Made by a program: the position numbers and the translations under genes
Shown: piece by piece, positions 44,949-55,446 of the stretch
Position numbering within the stretch: the stretch's first letter is position 1
Layout: every line of letters starts with the position of its first letter
Notes under the pieces: generated by a model
What the model saw: the letters and a program-made list of their open reading frames with translations, nothing else
Database searches by the model: none
Told to the model about the DNA's origin: nothing
From: Elusimicrobia bacterium HGW-Elusimicrobia-1
GTDB lineage: Bacteria; Elusimicrobiota; Endomicrobiia; PHAN01
DNA: 64,000 nucleotides
Reading direction: 5' to 3'
Assembly (NCBI GenBank): GCA_002841695.1
Contig: PHAN01000016.1
Coordinates: forward strand, 4,024 to 68,023

Positions 44949-45818
44949 ATGAAGCACATCCCGGTGCTCGTCGAAGAAATCGTGAATTTCCTGTCCCCCG
45001 TCACGGGCGGATTTTACGTAGACGCTACCCTGGGGACGGGCGGACACTCAAGAAGGATACTTGAATCCTGCCCCGACGCGCGGGTGACGGGAATGGACGT
45101 AGACCCGGCGGCGGTGGCGCTGGCCGTCGAGAATCTCAAAGATTTCGGCGGCAGATTTACCGCCGTGACCGACAATTACAGAAACATCGCCGCGGTTACG
45201 GAGCGATTCGGCAAAGCCGACGGCATACTGGCCGATCTGGGGATGTCGTCGCTGCAGCTCGACGACCCGTCGCGCGGGTTTTCGTTCGGCGCGGACGGCG
45301 TCCTCGATATGAGAATGTCGCCGCGGCTTCCGTTGACTGCCGCCGACGTCGTGAATAAATTCCCCGCCGACGAGCTTGAAAGAATATTCCGCGAGTACGG
45401 CGACGAAAGATACGCGCGACGGATAGCCGGTGCGGTCGCCTCGGAAAGAAAATCGCGCGCGTTTTGCGGCGCGGCGGATTTTGCGGCTTTTGTGGCTTCT
45501 AAGGCGCCGCGCGGCCGCGGGGGAATACATCCGGCCACGCGGGTTTTTCAGGCGCTCAGGATATACGTCAACTCGGAACTGGATAATCTCGACGCCCTGC
45601 TGGCGGCCGCTCCCGCCGCGCTCAAATCCGGAGGGCGTTTGGCGGTGATAAGTTTTCACTCGAAAGAGGACGGCGCCGTTAAAAGAGCTTTTAAGTCGAT
45701 GGCGGCCGACGGAACCGCGCGTTTGCTGACCAAGAAGCCCGTGAGGCCGTCGGACGGTGAGATTGCGTCCAACCCGCGCAGTCGCTCGGCTAAGCTGAGA
45801 GTAATGGAAAAAATATGA
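44949..45818 (+). CDS. rsmH: 16S rRNA m4C1402 methyltransferase
   Basis: HIPVL, DATLGTGGHS, DLGMSSLQLD..RGFSF, FQALRIYVN, NPRSRSAKLR. Confidence 0.96.
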   Translation: MKHIPVLVEEIVNFLSPVTGGFYVDATLGTGGHSRRILESCPDARVTGMDVDPAAVALAVENLKDFGGRFTAVTDNYRNIAAVTERFGKADGILADLGMSSLQLDDPSRGFSFGADGVLDMRMSPRLPLTAADVVNKFPADELERIFREYGDERYARRIAGAVASERKSRAFCGAADFAAFVASKAPRGRGGIHPATRVFQALRIYVNSELDNLDALLAAAPAALKSGGRLAVISFHSKEDGAVKRAFKSMAADGTARLLTKKPVRPSDGEIASNPRSRSAKLRVMEKI

Positions 45819-45840
45819 TATCTCGGGCGGTATTCTTTGA

Positions 45841-46095
45841 ATGAAAGAAAAAGTAACAGGGCTGGCTTTGGTTTTTCTGTTTCTGGGCGTGATAGTTTGG
45901 CAAAGCGTCTCAGTCGACAGAAATCGTTATATCCTGCGGGAGTATTTCGCGCGCAGAGACGAGCTTTCCGCGATAAACCAAAAATATTTTTTGCGCCTTA
46001 AAAGCATTATGTCGTCGGAAGCGATGATGCGCTACGCCTCAGGAAAAAAATATCGCTTCGCCTCCGCGAGCGATATAATCATAGCGGAACAATGA
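45841..46095 (+). CDS. ftsL: FtsL-like cell division protein
   Basis: TM helix plus coiled coil, between rsmH and ftsI. Confidence 0.6.
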   Translation: MKEKVTGLALVFLFLGVIVWQSVSVDRNRYILREYFARRDELSAINQKYFLRLKSIMSSEAMMRYASGKKYRFASASDIIIAEQ

Positions 46096-47753
46096 CAAAA
46101 AAGAGATTCGCCGGGATATTTATCGGAGTTTGCGCGGCATGGCTGCTCGTCGCCGCCCGTCTTTTTATGTTGCAGATTTGGTCTCCGCCCGACGGGTGCG
46201 ATGGATTCGCTCCCAAAGAGACGGTCGAAAACGGCCCGCGCGGAACCATTTATGATCGCAACGGCGAGGTCCTTGTGATGAGTCGCAAGATGACAGGGCT
46301 TTTTATGGACGCCAAGCTTGTCGAAGAGTCCGGCGGCGTTTCCTCGCTTTACGAAAGAATCAGATCTGTTTCTTCGATGAGCAAAAGCGAACTTGCCCGC
46401 ATGGCCGCCACAAAAAGAAGATACATACCGCTGGACATCGAGTTTCCCGCCGATGAAATCGCGGCGATAAGGTCCTTGAATATTCCGGGGATAGGCATGG
46501 AAGAGCGGGTGAGGCGGGTATATCCCGAGGGCGAACTCGCCAGAGAACTTCTGGGCATATGCGGCACACACGCTAAAACCGGCGCCGAGCTTGCCTTCGA
46601 CGGCCAGTTGAGCGGCCACGCCGTGCGGGTAAGAAAGCAGCGCGACGGCGCGGGCAGAAGCATTCCCGAAGATTTTTATTTTGAAGAAGTATCCCGCGGC
46701 GCCGACGTTTATTTGACGATAGACAAAAACATACAGCATATAGCCGAGCGGGCCGCCGCGGAATCCATGGAAGCGACAGGGGCCGCGGGGGTCGTCATCA
46801 TCGTGCAGAATCCTGTCGACGGGGAAATACTGGCGGCCGCCACCCGACGGAAAACGCCGTCGGCCAGAATATCTCCCATTGCCGAGGTGTTCGAGCCGGG
46901 CTCGACGTTCAAGATATTTACGTACGCGCTGGCTTTTGCCGAGGGCGCCATCAAGGATGACGAACTGATATTTTGTGAAAACGGAAAGTATAAAATTTAT
47001 GACAAATACATCGGCGACCACGAAAAAAAGGGGACGTTGACCGTGCGCGAGGCCTTCGCTTTTTCGTCAAATATCGCCTGCGCAAAAATATCGCAGCGCA
47101 TTTCCGTCGACAAAATCAGGACGTCCGTAAGAAATTTCGGTTTCGGCGCGCAATCGGGCATCAAGCTGCCCGGCGAAGAGAAAGGTCTTATGCCCCGTAA
47201 ATGGGACCCGTTTACGACCGCGACGGTTTCATTCGGACAGGGTATCGGAGTTACGCCCATACAGCTTGCCAACGCATATTCGTCTATAGCAAACGGCGGA
47301 TGGCTTCTGGAGCCCAGGATAGAAAAAAAAATTGTGTCGGCCGACGGGCGGCGCAGGGCGCAGGAAAGCGGCCGCACCGTCGTGCGGCGCGTTGCCGACG
47401 ACAAAACAGTCGCGGCTCTTAAGGAAATGCTGGGAGATGTGGTCAGTTACGGCACGGGACAGCACAGCGCGGTGCCGGGTTACAACATAGGCGGCAAGAC
47501 CGGCACGGCACAGAAAATCGACGTCGCCACGGGACGCTATTCTAAAAAACATTATGTGTCCTCTTTCTGCGGGATAGTGCCTCTGGAAGATCCGCGGCTT
47601 ACTGTTTTTGTAATGGTAGATTCGCCGGCCAAGGGCGATTACTGGGGTTCCACCGTCGCGGCGCCGGTATTCGCCAGAGTGGCGGGCGCCGCCGCCGCGT
47701 ATATGAGGATACCGCCGTCGCCTTCCGGCGCGAAGCTGGCTTCGATCAAATGA
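46092..47753 (+). CDS. ftsI: Class B penicillin-binding protein
   Basis: RGTIYDRNG, EPGSTFK, SSN, GKTGTAQ. Confidence 0.92.
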   Translation: MTKKRFAGIFIGVCAAWLLVAARLFMLQIWSPPDGCDGFAPKETVENGPRGTIYDRNGEVLVMSRKMTGLFMDAKLVEESGGVSSLYERIRSVSSMSKSELARMAATKRRYIPLDIEFPADEIAAIRSLNIPGIGMEERVRRVYPEGELARELLGICGTHAKTGAELAFDGQLSGHAVRVRKQRDGAGRSIPEDFYFEEVSRGADVYLTIDKNIQHIAERAAAESMEATGAAGVVIIVQNPVDGEILAAATRRKTPSARISPIAEVFEPGSTFKIFTYALAFAEGAIKDDELIFCENGKYKIYDKYIGDHEKKGTLTVREAFAFSSNIACAKISQRISVDKIRTSVRNFGFGAQSGIKLPGEEKGLMPRKWDPFTTATVSFGQGIGVTPIQLANAYSSIANGGWLLEPRIEKKIVSADGRRRAQESGRTVVRRVADDKTVAALKEMLGDVVSYGTGQHSAVPGYNIGGKTGTAQKIDVATGRYSKKHYVSSFCGIVPLEDPRLTVFVMVDSPAKGDYWGSTVAAPVFARVAGAAAAYMRIPPSPSGAKLASIK

Positions 47754-49243
47754 AACTTTCAGAACTGCTTGCAAATATCCCCGGAATAAACGCGGAACAT
47801 AACAATATCCCCGATGTGGAGATATCGGGCGTCCGCACGGATTCAAGAAAGACGCGCCGCGGCGATCTTTTTGTGGCGCTCGATGGAGCCCGCGCGAAGG
47901 GCGCGGATTTTGCGTCCGCGGCGTTTGCCGCCGGAGCCGTCGCGGCCCTCGTTCCCGCGACGAGCGGTCTTGCCCCCGAAGGCAAAATAATAACGGCCGC
48001 CGACATCAACGCCGCCGTCGCCGCGATAACTTCGCGGTTTTTCGGAAATCCTTCCGCGAAAATGCAAGTGATAGGCGTGACGGGCACCAACGGCAAAACC
48101 ACTTTCACTTATCTTATGGAAGCGATATCTTCCCGCGTCAAAAAAACAGGCGTTATAGGCACAATAAATTATCGCTACGGCGGAAAAATTTTCCCGGCGC
48201 CCAACACGACGCCGTTTGCCGGCGATCTTGCCGAACTTTTGGCGAATATGAAGTCGCGCGGGGTCAAGACCGTCGTTATGGAGGTGTCGAGCCATTCGCT
48301 TTCGCAGCGCCGCGTCGACGGTGTGGAGTTCGACTGCGCCGTGTTCACCAATCTCACGCAGGATCATCTGGACTATCACGGAGATATGCAGAGTTATTTT
48401 GAAGCCAAGAAGCGCCTGTTCGCGGACTTGATGGCCAAGAGTCCGAAAAAGAATAAAACCTGCGTGGTCAATATCGACGATGAATGGGGGGGGAAACTCG
48501 CGCAGTCGATTGCTTCCATCGAGGGCGGCGCGCGGATTGTGACTTGTTCCGCGCAAGGTTCCGCCGACGCGCGGATGTCTGACTTGCGTATGAGCCCGCG
48601 AGGCGCCGCTTTTACGTGCGAGATATCGGGGCTCAAACATAAATTCGAGACGCAATTGATAGGGAGATATAATATTTCCAACGCTTTTCTGGCGGCGGTC
48701 GCGGCGCTGTCCTGCGGGTTTTCCGCGTCCGACGTCAAAAAGGGCATATCAGCCCTGAAGCGCATTCCCGGACGTCTGGAAACTATTCATGCCAGAAAAG
48801 GTTTTACAGTCGTCATAGATTACGCGCACACTCCCGACGCCTTATCCAAAGTGATAGGCACTCTGCGGGATCTTCGACCCGGCCGTCTGATAACCGTTTT
48901 CGGATGCGGCGGCGACCGCGACAGAACCAAGCGTCCCATGATGGGCGCCGCCGCCGCGGAGGGCAGCGACTTAGTCGTGGTGACGTCGGATAATCCCCGC
49001 ACGGAGGATCCGCATAAAATAATTCTGGATATCGAGATAGGCATAAAAAAAACCGGCGCTTCAAATTACAGCATAATAATGGACAGAAAAGAGGCCATCG
49101 GCTATGCCATAGGAGCCGCCCGTCCGCGGGATATTGTGCTTCTTGCGGGCAAGGGCCACGAAACCTGCCAGATAATAGGCGAAGAAAAAATACCGTTCAG
49201 CGATTATGACGTCGCCGTCGAGGCAATTAAAAACCGCGCATGA
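47750..49243 (+). CDS. murE: UDP-MurNAc-tripeptide (DAP) ligase
   Basis: GTNGKTT, MEVSSH, DHLDYH, DYAHTPD, DNPR. Confidence 0.96.
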   Translation: MKLSELLANIPGINAEHNNIPDVEISGVRTDSRKTRRGDLFVALDGARAKGADFASAAFAAGAVAALVPATSGLAPEGKIITAADINAAVAAITSRFFGNPSAKMQVIGVTGTNGKTTFTYLMEAISSRVKKTGVIGTINYRYGGKIFPAPNTTPFAGDLAELLANMKSRGVKTVVMEVSSHSLSQRRVDGVEFDCAVFTNLTQDHLDYHGDMQSYFEAKKRLFADLMAKSPKKNKTCVVNIDDEWGGKLAQSIASIEGGARIVTCSAQGSADARMSDLRMSPRGAAFTCEISGLKHKFETQLIGRYNISNAFLAAVAALSCGFSASDVKKGISALKRIPGRLETIHARKGFTVVIDYAHTPDALSKVIGTLRDLRPGRLITVFGCGGDRDRTKRPMMGAAAAEGSDLVVVTSDNPRTEDPHKIILDIEIGIKKTGASNYSIIMDRKEAIGYAIGAARPRDIVLLAGKGHETCQIIGEEKIPFSDYDVAVEAIKNRA

Positions 49244-50661
49244 ATACGACTCGTCTGATGGATTTCGTCAAAATTGTCGGAGGCGTGTTTATCAGCGGCG
49301 ACCCGCACGAGTGCTTCCGCTCGGTTTCCGTGGATACGCGCACTCTGGCCGCCGGCGATTGTTATTTCGCGCTGGTCGGCCCGGTTCACGACGGACACGA
49401 TTTTATAAAAGAGGCGGTTTCAAAAAACGCCGGAGTAATAGTGTTTTCCCGCGGCGATATAACCCTCTCCGAAAACAAAATATCCCTGGGCATCCCCGCG
49501 CTTATAAAAGTTGACGACACTCTTAAGGCGCTCGGAGATTACGCGGCGGCTTCCAGACGGGAGTTTGACGCGCGAGTGGCTGTCGTAGCCGGTTCCAACG
49601 GCAAGACGACGGTAAAAAATATGCTTTCAGACATTCTGACTCTCGAAGGCAATACTCATAAGAGTCCTTCTAATTACAATAATCTGGTGGGATTGCCGTT
49701 ATCTATACTGGGCGCGTCCGGCGACGAAAAATTTGTCGTGCTTGAGGCGGGCATATCGGTGCGCGGAGAGATGGAGCGGCTGGGAAAAATCGCCTCTCCG
49801 GACGTCGCGATTTTAACAAACATAGGGGCCGAGCATCTTGCCGGTTTCGGCGATATGGAAGGAGTTCTGCGGGAAGAGACCAAACTGCTCGATTCGCTGC
49901 GGCCGGGAGGCGTGGCCGCGCTTAACATCGACGACGAACGCCTGTCGGGCGTTTCGCGCACACTGAAAAAATCGGTTATACGTTATTCGGTTCGTTCAAT
50001 GCCCGGCGCCGACATTTCGGCGGCGTCGGTGACCGTCTCTCCGGACGGTGTGGAATTTATAATGGATTATGCCGGCGAGGCGCTGGATATAAATCTTCGA
50101 GTCAACGGGGTTTTCAATGTTTCAAACGCTCTTGCCGCCGCCTCCGCGGCCAAGGCCTTCGGGGCGCCGGCCGAAAAAGTTAAAGCGGGTCTTGACGGCT
50201 TTGCTCCGGTGGCGGGCAGGATGCAGAAGTTGAAACTGCCGAACGGCGGAGTCATAATAAATGACGCGTATAACGCAAACCCGGATTCTATGAGGGCGGC
50301 TCTTGCGGCTTTCTGCGAGGCATATCCCCAGTGTTCAAAAATTTTCGTGCTCGGCGATATGCTTGAAACCGGCGCGGCCGAAACCAAAGAACACGAAGCG
50401 CTCGCCGACTTCATAATGACGCTGCCCTTCGACGAGGTGTTGCTTGTCGGAGAAAGAATGCGCCATGCGCTGCGACGCATGAAAACTCTGCATCCTCCGG
50501 CGCCCGTACGCCATTTTGCTTCCGTGCGCGAATTATCGGAAGAATTGCGCGACCCCAAATACACGTCCGGCTCTTCGGCCGTGTTTTTTAAAGCGTCGCA
50601 TTCAATCGGACTTTCTGAGCCGGCAACGCAGTTATATGCGGATCATTCCCGCGAAATATAG
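49240..50661 (+). CDS. murF: UDP-MurNAc-pentapeptide ligase
   Basis: GSNGKTT, NNLVGLP, NDAYNANPDSM, LGDMLE. Confidence 0.95.
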   Translation: MNTTRLMDFVKIVGGVFISGDPHECFRSVSVDTRTLAAGDCYFALVGPVHDGHDFIKEAVSKNAGVIVFSRGDITLSENKISLGIPALIKVDDTLKALGDYAAASRREFDARVAVVAGSNGKTTVKNMLSDILTLEGNTHKSPSNYNNLVGLPLSILGASGDEKFVVLEAGISVRGEMERLGKIASPDVAILTNIGAEHLAGFGDMEGVLREETKLLDSLRPGGVAALNIDDERLSGVSRTLKKSVIRYSVRSMPGADISAASVTVSPDGVEFIMDYAGEALDINLRVNGVFNVSNALAAASAAKAFGAPAEKVKAGLDGFAPVAGRMQKLKLPNGGVIINDAYNANPDSMRAALAAFCEAYPQCSKIFVLGDMLETGAAETKEHEALADFIMTLPFDEVLLVGERMRHALRRMKTLHPPAPVRHFASVRELSEELRDPKYTSGSSAVFFKASHSIGLSEPATQLYADHSREI

Positions 50662-50679
50662 GTATTCAAGGAGCCGCGG

Positions 50680-51765
50680 ATGCTTTATCATTTACTGTTC
50701 GGTTTAAGGAACATCTTTTCGCCGCTTAATATTTTCCAGTATATAACCTTCCGTGCTTTCGGCGCCATATTTACGTCTTTCATCCTGACGATTATTCTGA
50801 CCAATCTTATGGTCGCGTATATGAAGCGCCGCATGATTACGCAGCCGATAAGAGACGACGGTCCCGCCACGCATCACGCCAAGCAAGGCACCCCGACAAT
50901 GGGCGGAATAGCCATACTTGTTTCCATGGCGGTTACTACCGCGCTTTGGGCGCGACTTGATAACAGGTTCATACTCTGGCTTCTTGGCGGTGTTATATTT
51001 TTGGGGATGCTGGGCTTTGCCGACGACTATCTTAAACACGTCAAGAAAAATTCGCGGGGACTGTCCGCGTCAAAAAAACTTGCAGGGCAGATTGTTCTGG
51101 CCGTATCCGTGGCGCTCTACCTGAGGCAATATCCGGCGGCGGCGGCTTTTGCCGACACCATCAACATTCCGTATCTTAAAGACGCCTACATAGGCCTCGG
51201 CGCGCTTTATGCGGCGTTTGTCGTATTCGTCATTCTCGGCGCGTCCAACGGCGTAAACTTTACCGACGGGCTCGACGGTCTGGCCATAGGCAATCTTGTG
51301 GTGGCGGCTTTCACTTTTTCGATTTTCGCTTATCTGGCCGGCAATGTGCGTTTTGCGCAGTATCTTAAAATAATTTATGTGCCGGGAGCGGGCGAAATAA
51401 CGGTTTATCTGGCGGCTATGCTCGGCACCGGTCTGGGTTTTTTATGGTACAACACGCATCCCGCGCAGATATTCATGGGCGATACCGGTTCGCTTTTTCT
51501 TGGCGGCGGATTGGGCATGGTGGCGGTTTTCATAAAACAGGAACTGCTTCTGGTTATTATCGGAGGTGTTTTCGTGGCCGAAGTTTTATCCGTGATACTG
51601 CAGGTGCAGTATTTTAAAAGAACGGGCAAAAGAATTTTCCGCATGGCGCCGCTGCACCATCATTATGAACTCGGCGGGTTATCCGAACCCAAAATAACCG
51701 TAAGATTCATAATAATTTCGATAGTGCTTTCTCTGGTGGCGCTCGCTTCGTTAAAATTGCGTTGA
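50680..51765 (+). CDS. mraY: Phospho-MurNAc-pentapeptide transferase
   Basis: GTPTMGG, DDY, NFTDGLDGL, FMGDTGS, APLHHHYE. Confidence 0.97.
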   Translation: MLYHLLFGLRNIFSPLNIFQYITFRAFGAIFTSFILTIILTNLMVAYMKRRMITQPIRDDGPATHHAKQGTPTMGGIAILVSMAVTTALWARLDNRFILWLLGGVIFLGMLGFADDYLKHVKKNSRGLSASKKLAGQIVLAVSVALYLRQYPAAAAFADTINIPYLKDAYIGLGALYAAFVVFVILGASNGVNFTDGLDGLAIGNLVVAAFTFSIFAYLAGNVRFAQYLKIIYVPGAGEITVYLAAMLGTGLGFLWYNTHPAQIFMGDTGSLFLGGGLGMVAVFIKQELLLVIIGGVFVAEVLSVILQVQYFKRTGKRIFRMAPLHHHYELGGLSEPKITVRFIIISIVLSLVALASLKLR

Positions 51766-51766
51766 T

Positions 51767-53095
51767 ATGAAAATAGGAATAATGGGTTTCGGCTTAACCG
51801 GAGCGGCGGTTGCGCAATTCGCTCTGGATTCCGGATGCGATGTTTTCGTGTCCGAATCGCGGGCTTCCTCGCCGCTTGCTCTTGATCCGTCGCTGCGCCG
51901 AAAAAAAACTTTCGGCGCGGAATTCGGCGGGCATACCGCCAAGCTTCTTGACGCCGATCTGATAGTCAAAAGTCCCGGCATCCGTTCCGACGAGAAAATT
52001 CTTCTGTCGGCCGCAAAAAAGGGAATTCCGGTCACGGGGGAACTTGATTTCGTGTTCGCGCGGATTCCCCGTCCCGCAAAAGTAGTGGCTATAACCGGCA
52101 CCAACGGCAAGACCACGGTCACGGCGCTTGCGGGCGCGATACTCAAAAAGAAATTTCCGAGAGTATTCGTTTGCGGCAATATAGGGCTGCCTCTTGCGGC
52201 GGTGGCAAAAAAAATCGGTCCGAGGGACGCGCTTGTTCTTGAGGTTTCAAGCTATCAGCTCGAGGATGCCCGGTTTTTTCGTCCGGATGTGTCCGTGATA
52301 CTCAATGTGACTCCCGATCACCTGGAACATCACGGCAATATGAGCGCGTACGCGGCCGCAAAGAGCAGAATATTTTTGAATCAGCGTCCTGATGACCGCT
52401 GCGTACTCAACTTTGACGACAAAATCTGCCGTCATCTTGCGGCCAAGGCGCCGTGCAAAAAAGTATTTTTCAGCGTTCGCCGCAAACTTTCCCGCGGGGC
52501 TTATTATGACGACGGTGTGTTTAATCTGAATCTGTCGGGCCGCGCGGAAAAAATAAAACTGAATCTGGCGATTCCGGGCGAGCACAACATATCCAACGCT
52601 CTGGCGGCTTTCGCCGCGTGTCGTTTGGCCGGCGCCGGTGTGGCTCAGATAAAATCCGCCGGCTCGAAATTCAATGGCGTGGAACATCGCATAGAGTCCG
52701 TCGCGGTAAAAAAAGGAGTCGGATATATCAACGATTCCAAGGCCACCAATGTATCTTCCGTCGAAGTGGCGCTCAAAGCGCTGCCCGTCGGCATTTGGCT
52801 GATTATGGGCGGACGCGATAAGGGATCGCCTTACGCGCCGCTGCTGCCGCTCATACGGAAAAAAGTAAAGGGTATATTTCTGATAGGAGAGGCCGCCGTC
52901 AGGATAGGCGCCGAGCTTCGCGGTTCCGCCGCGGTATATTTCAGCGGAGATTTGAAAACGGCCGTTTCGTCGGCCGCTAAAAAGGCGCAAGCCGGCGATA
53001 TCGTTTTACTGTCGCCCGCGTGTTCGTCGTACGACCAGTTCGAAAATTTCGAGCGTCGCGGAGAGGCCTTCAAAAAAATCGTGGGGGCTCTCTGA
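51767..53095 (+). CDS. murD: UDP-MurNAc-L-Ala:D-Glu ligase
   Basis: KSPGI, GTNGKTT, EVSSYQL, NDSKATN, LSPACSSYD. Confidence 0.96.
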   Translation: MKIGIMGFGLTGAAVAQFALDSGCDVFVSESRASSPLALDPSLRRKKTFGAEFGGHTAKLLDADLIVKSPGIRSDEKILLSAAKKGIPVTGELDFVFARIPRPAKVVAITGTNGKTTVTALAGAILKKKFPRVFVCGNIGLPLAAVAKKIGPRDALVLEVSSYQLEDARFFRPDVSVILNVTPDHLEHHGNMSAYAAAKSRIFLNQRPDDRCVLNFDDKICRHLAAKAPCKKVFFSVRRKLSRGAYYDDGVFNLNLSGRAEKIKLNLAIPGEHNISNALAAFAACRLAGAGVAQIKSAGSKFNGVEHRIESVAVKKGVGYINDSKATNVSSVEVALKALPVGIWLIMGGRDKGSPYAPLLPLIRKKVKGIFLIGEAAVRIGAELRGSAAVYFSGDLKTAVSSAAKKAQAGDIVLLSPACSSYDQFENFERRGEAFKKIVGAL

Positions 53096-53114
53096 TTCCG
53101 GGCGTTTCGGTTTG

Positions 53115-54257
53115 ATGAAGATATTTATTATGAATAAAATCCAGCGCACCGACACAAAACTGCTTCTGGCCGTGACGGCTCTGGCGCTTTTCGGGGCTGT
53201 GATGGTGCTATCGGCCAGTATGCTTCTGGCGTTTAAGCGCTTCAACGCGCCTTACAGTTTTTTCTTCAAACATCTTATGTGGATGACCGTCGGTTTCGGA
53301 TGTCTCTGGTCGGCGGTGCACATAAAAACGGCTTTCGTCAGAAAATACGCCCGATGGTTTTACATCGGCATGACGGCCATGCTGGGCGGAGTTTTGCTTT
53401 TCGGCCGCGAAATAAACGGGGCAAAGCGATGGTTTGATCTTGGTTTTACGACCTTTCAGCCGTCGGAAGCCATGAAAGTGGCTATGATAATATTTCTGGC
53501 CGATTACCTTGACAGAAAAAAAAGCCGTCTTAAAACACCCGCCGGTTTCGCGCAGCTGGCGGCGCTTGTGGCAGTGCCGCTCGGTCTTATACTCGTGCAG
53601 CCCGACCTCGGCGGCGCGATAGTAATCGTCTGCGTGGCGCTGGCGATGTTTTTTCTGGCCGGCGTCAAATTGCGATATCTTGCCGCGGCGGGTTTGATTT
53701 GCGTCGCGATAGGCGCTTCGGCGATAGCCGTTACGCCTTACCGTCTCGCCAGGGTCAAAAACTTCGCCGCGACGGCCTTGTCGCCGTCGCGTGGATCCAA
53801 AACTCCGAGCGGCCCCGCCGAAGTCGAAAGTCAGCAGGGCGCCGCTCTTGCCGCGCTTGCCCGCGGCGGATGGCTTGGCGCCGGGCCGGGCTCGAGCCGT
53901 CTGAAAGTGTTCTATCTGCCGGAGCCGCACACGGATTTCGTTTTCGCGGTAATAGGCGAAGAGTTCGGCTATCTGGGCGCCATAGTCGTAATAGGTCTGT
54001 TTTTTGCGGTTTTTGCGCGAGGTCTGAGGGCCGCTTCCCTGAGCAACGATATGTTTGTGTCGCTGGCGTCGGCCGGCATAACGATCTATTTTACCGTGCA
54101 GGCGCTGTTTCACATAAGCGTCAGCTGCGGGCTTCTGCCGACAAAAGGTCTGACTCTTCCGTTTATATCCTTCGGCGGGAGTTCGCTGGTCGTAACGCTC
54201 GCCGCCGCGGGTATGCTGCTTAATTTTTCGTCGGGAAAGGGAGAACGCGCGCGATGA
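53115..54257 (+). CDS. ftsW: SEDS peptidoglycan glycosyltransferase (start could be 53130)
   Basis: GAKRW, QPSE, QPDLG, LPEPHTDF, GEEFG, LPFISFGGSS. Confidence 0.94.
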   Translation: MKIFIMNKIQRTDTKLLLAVTALALFGAVMVLSASMLLAFKRFNAPYSFFFKHLMWMTVGFGCLWSAVHIKTAFVRKYARWFYIGMTAMLGGVLLFGREINGAKRWFDLGFTTFQPSEAMKVAMIIFLADYLDRKKSRLKTPAGFAQLAALVAVPLGLILVQPDLGGAIVIVCVALAMFFLAGVKLRYLAAAGLICVAIGASAIAVTPYRLARVKNFAATALSPSRGSKTPSGPAEVESQQGAALAALARGGWLGAGPGSSRLKVFYLPEPHTDFVFAVIGEEFGYLGAIVVIGLFFAVFARGLRAASLSNDMFVSLASAGITIYFTVQALFHISVSCGLLPTKGLTLPFISFGGSSLVVTLAAAGMLLNFSSGKGERAR

Positions 54258-55333
54258 AAAACATAAAGGTTCTTATAGCCGCCGGCGGCACGGGCGGACA
54301 TCTTTATCCGGGGATAGCTTTGGCCTCGGAGTTGATTTCACGCGGATGCGAAGTTTCGTTTGCCGTAAAAAATGACGATCTCGGCAAGGATATACTTTCC
54401 GAGCTTAAAATAGATTACGATTGCGTCGTCGCCCATCCTTTTCCGCGCCGCTCGCCGTCGGCGCTGGCGGTTTTTGCCGCAGTCAACTTAGCCGGTATAA
54501 TCTCGGCGGTACGGCTGCTTAGGCGCCGCCGTCCGTCCGTGGTGGCGGGAATGGGCGCTTACGTCTCTTTTCCGGTTATCGCGGCCGCGCGTTTGTCGGG
54601 CATACCGACGATCATACACGAGCAAAACTCCGTGCCGGGCCTCGCCAATAAAGCGCTGTCGTATATCGCGGACAAAATAGCGATCAGTTTTCCGTCGTCG
54701 GAGGTTTTCTTCAAAAAAGCCAAAACGGTCGTGACCGGGAATCCCGTTCGCGGGGCCATATCCTCGGCGGAAAGAAACCTTCGCAAATTCGATCTCGAAG
54801 ACGGCAAGCGCGCGATTCTTATTTTCGGCGGAAGCCAGGGCGCCTCCGCAATAAATTCCGCGGCCATCGGAGCGTTGCGGCATCTCGAAGAGTTTAAGTC
54901 GAGAATACAGTTTCTGCATCTTACCGGCGAAGCCGATTATTTCCGTGTAAAAGAGGCCTACGCCGCTTCCGGATTCCGCGCGGCGGTGTACCCGTATCTC
55001 AGGGAAATGGGAACCGTGTACGCATCCTCGGACATTGCCGTGTGCCGAGCAGGAGCCACCACCATAGCCGAACTGGCCGCCACGGGACTTCCGGCGATAC
55101 TGGTTCCGTATAAACGCGCAACGGCGGATCATCAGACGAAAAACGCTCAAGCCCACATCGCCGCCGGATACGCGGCCGAAATCATCTCCGAAGACGACCT
55201 GAATCCCGGGATACTCGCCAAGAAACTGAGCGAATCCGCGCTTAATCCCGTCGGAAGGCGCCGCGCCGCTCCGCACGGATCGGCGGCGTCCGACCTCGCC
55301 GCAGTCGTACTGTCGCTGGCCGCCTCCCGCTGA
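54254..55333 (+). CDS. murG: Lipid II GlcNAc transferase
   Basis: GGTGGH, HEQN, GNPVR, GGSQGA, RAGATTIAE. Confidence 0.96.
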   Translation: MKNIKVLIAAGGTGGHLYPGIALASELISRGCEVSFAVKNDDLGKDILSELKIDYDCVVAHPFPRRSPSALAVFAAVNLAGIISAVRLLRRRRPSVVAGMGAYVSFPVIAAARLSGIPTIIHEQNSVPGLANKALSYIADKIAISFPSSEVFFKKAKTVVTGNPVRGAISSAERNLRKFDLEDGKRAILIFGGSQGASAINSAAIGALRHLEEFKSRIQFLHLTGEADYFRVKEAYAASGFRAAVYPYLREMGTVYASSDIAVCRAGATTIAELAATGLPAILVPYKRATADHQTKNAQAHIAAGYAAEIISEDDLNPGILAKKLSESALNPVGRRRAAPHGSAASDLAAVVLSLAASR

Positions 55334-55446
55334 AAATAGCGTTCAAACATGCAATAATTCCGACGCTTTTTTTACGGAATCCCGGGCATAATTTGCTATT
55401 ATCTTCCGTGCGACGGACCATCCGCCAACCGAAAGGAATTCCCTTA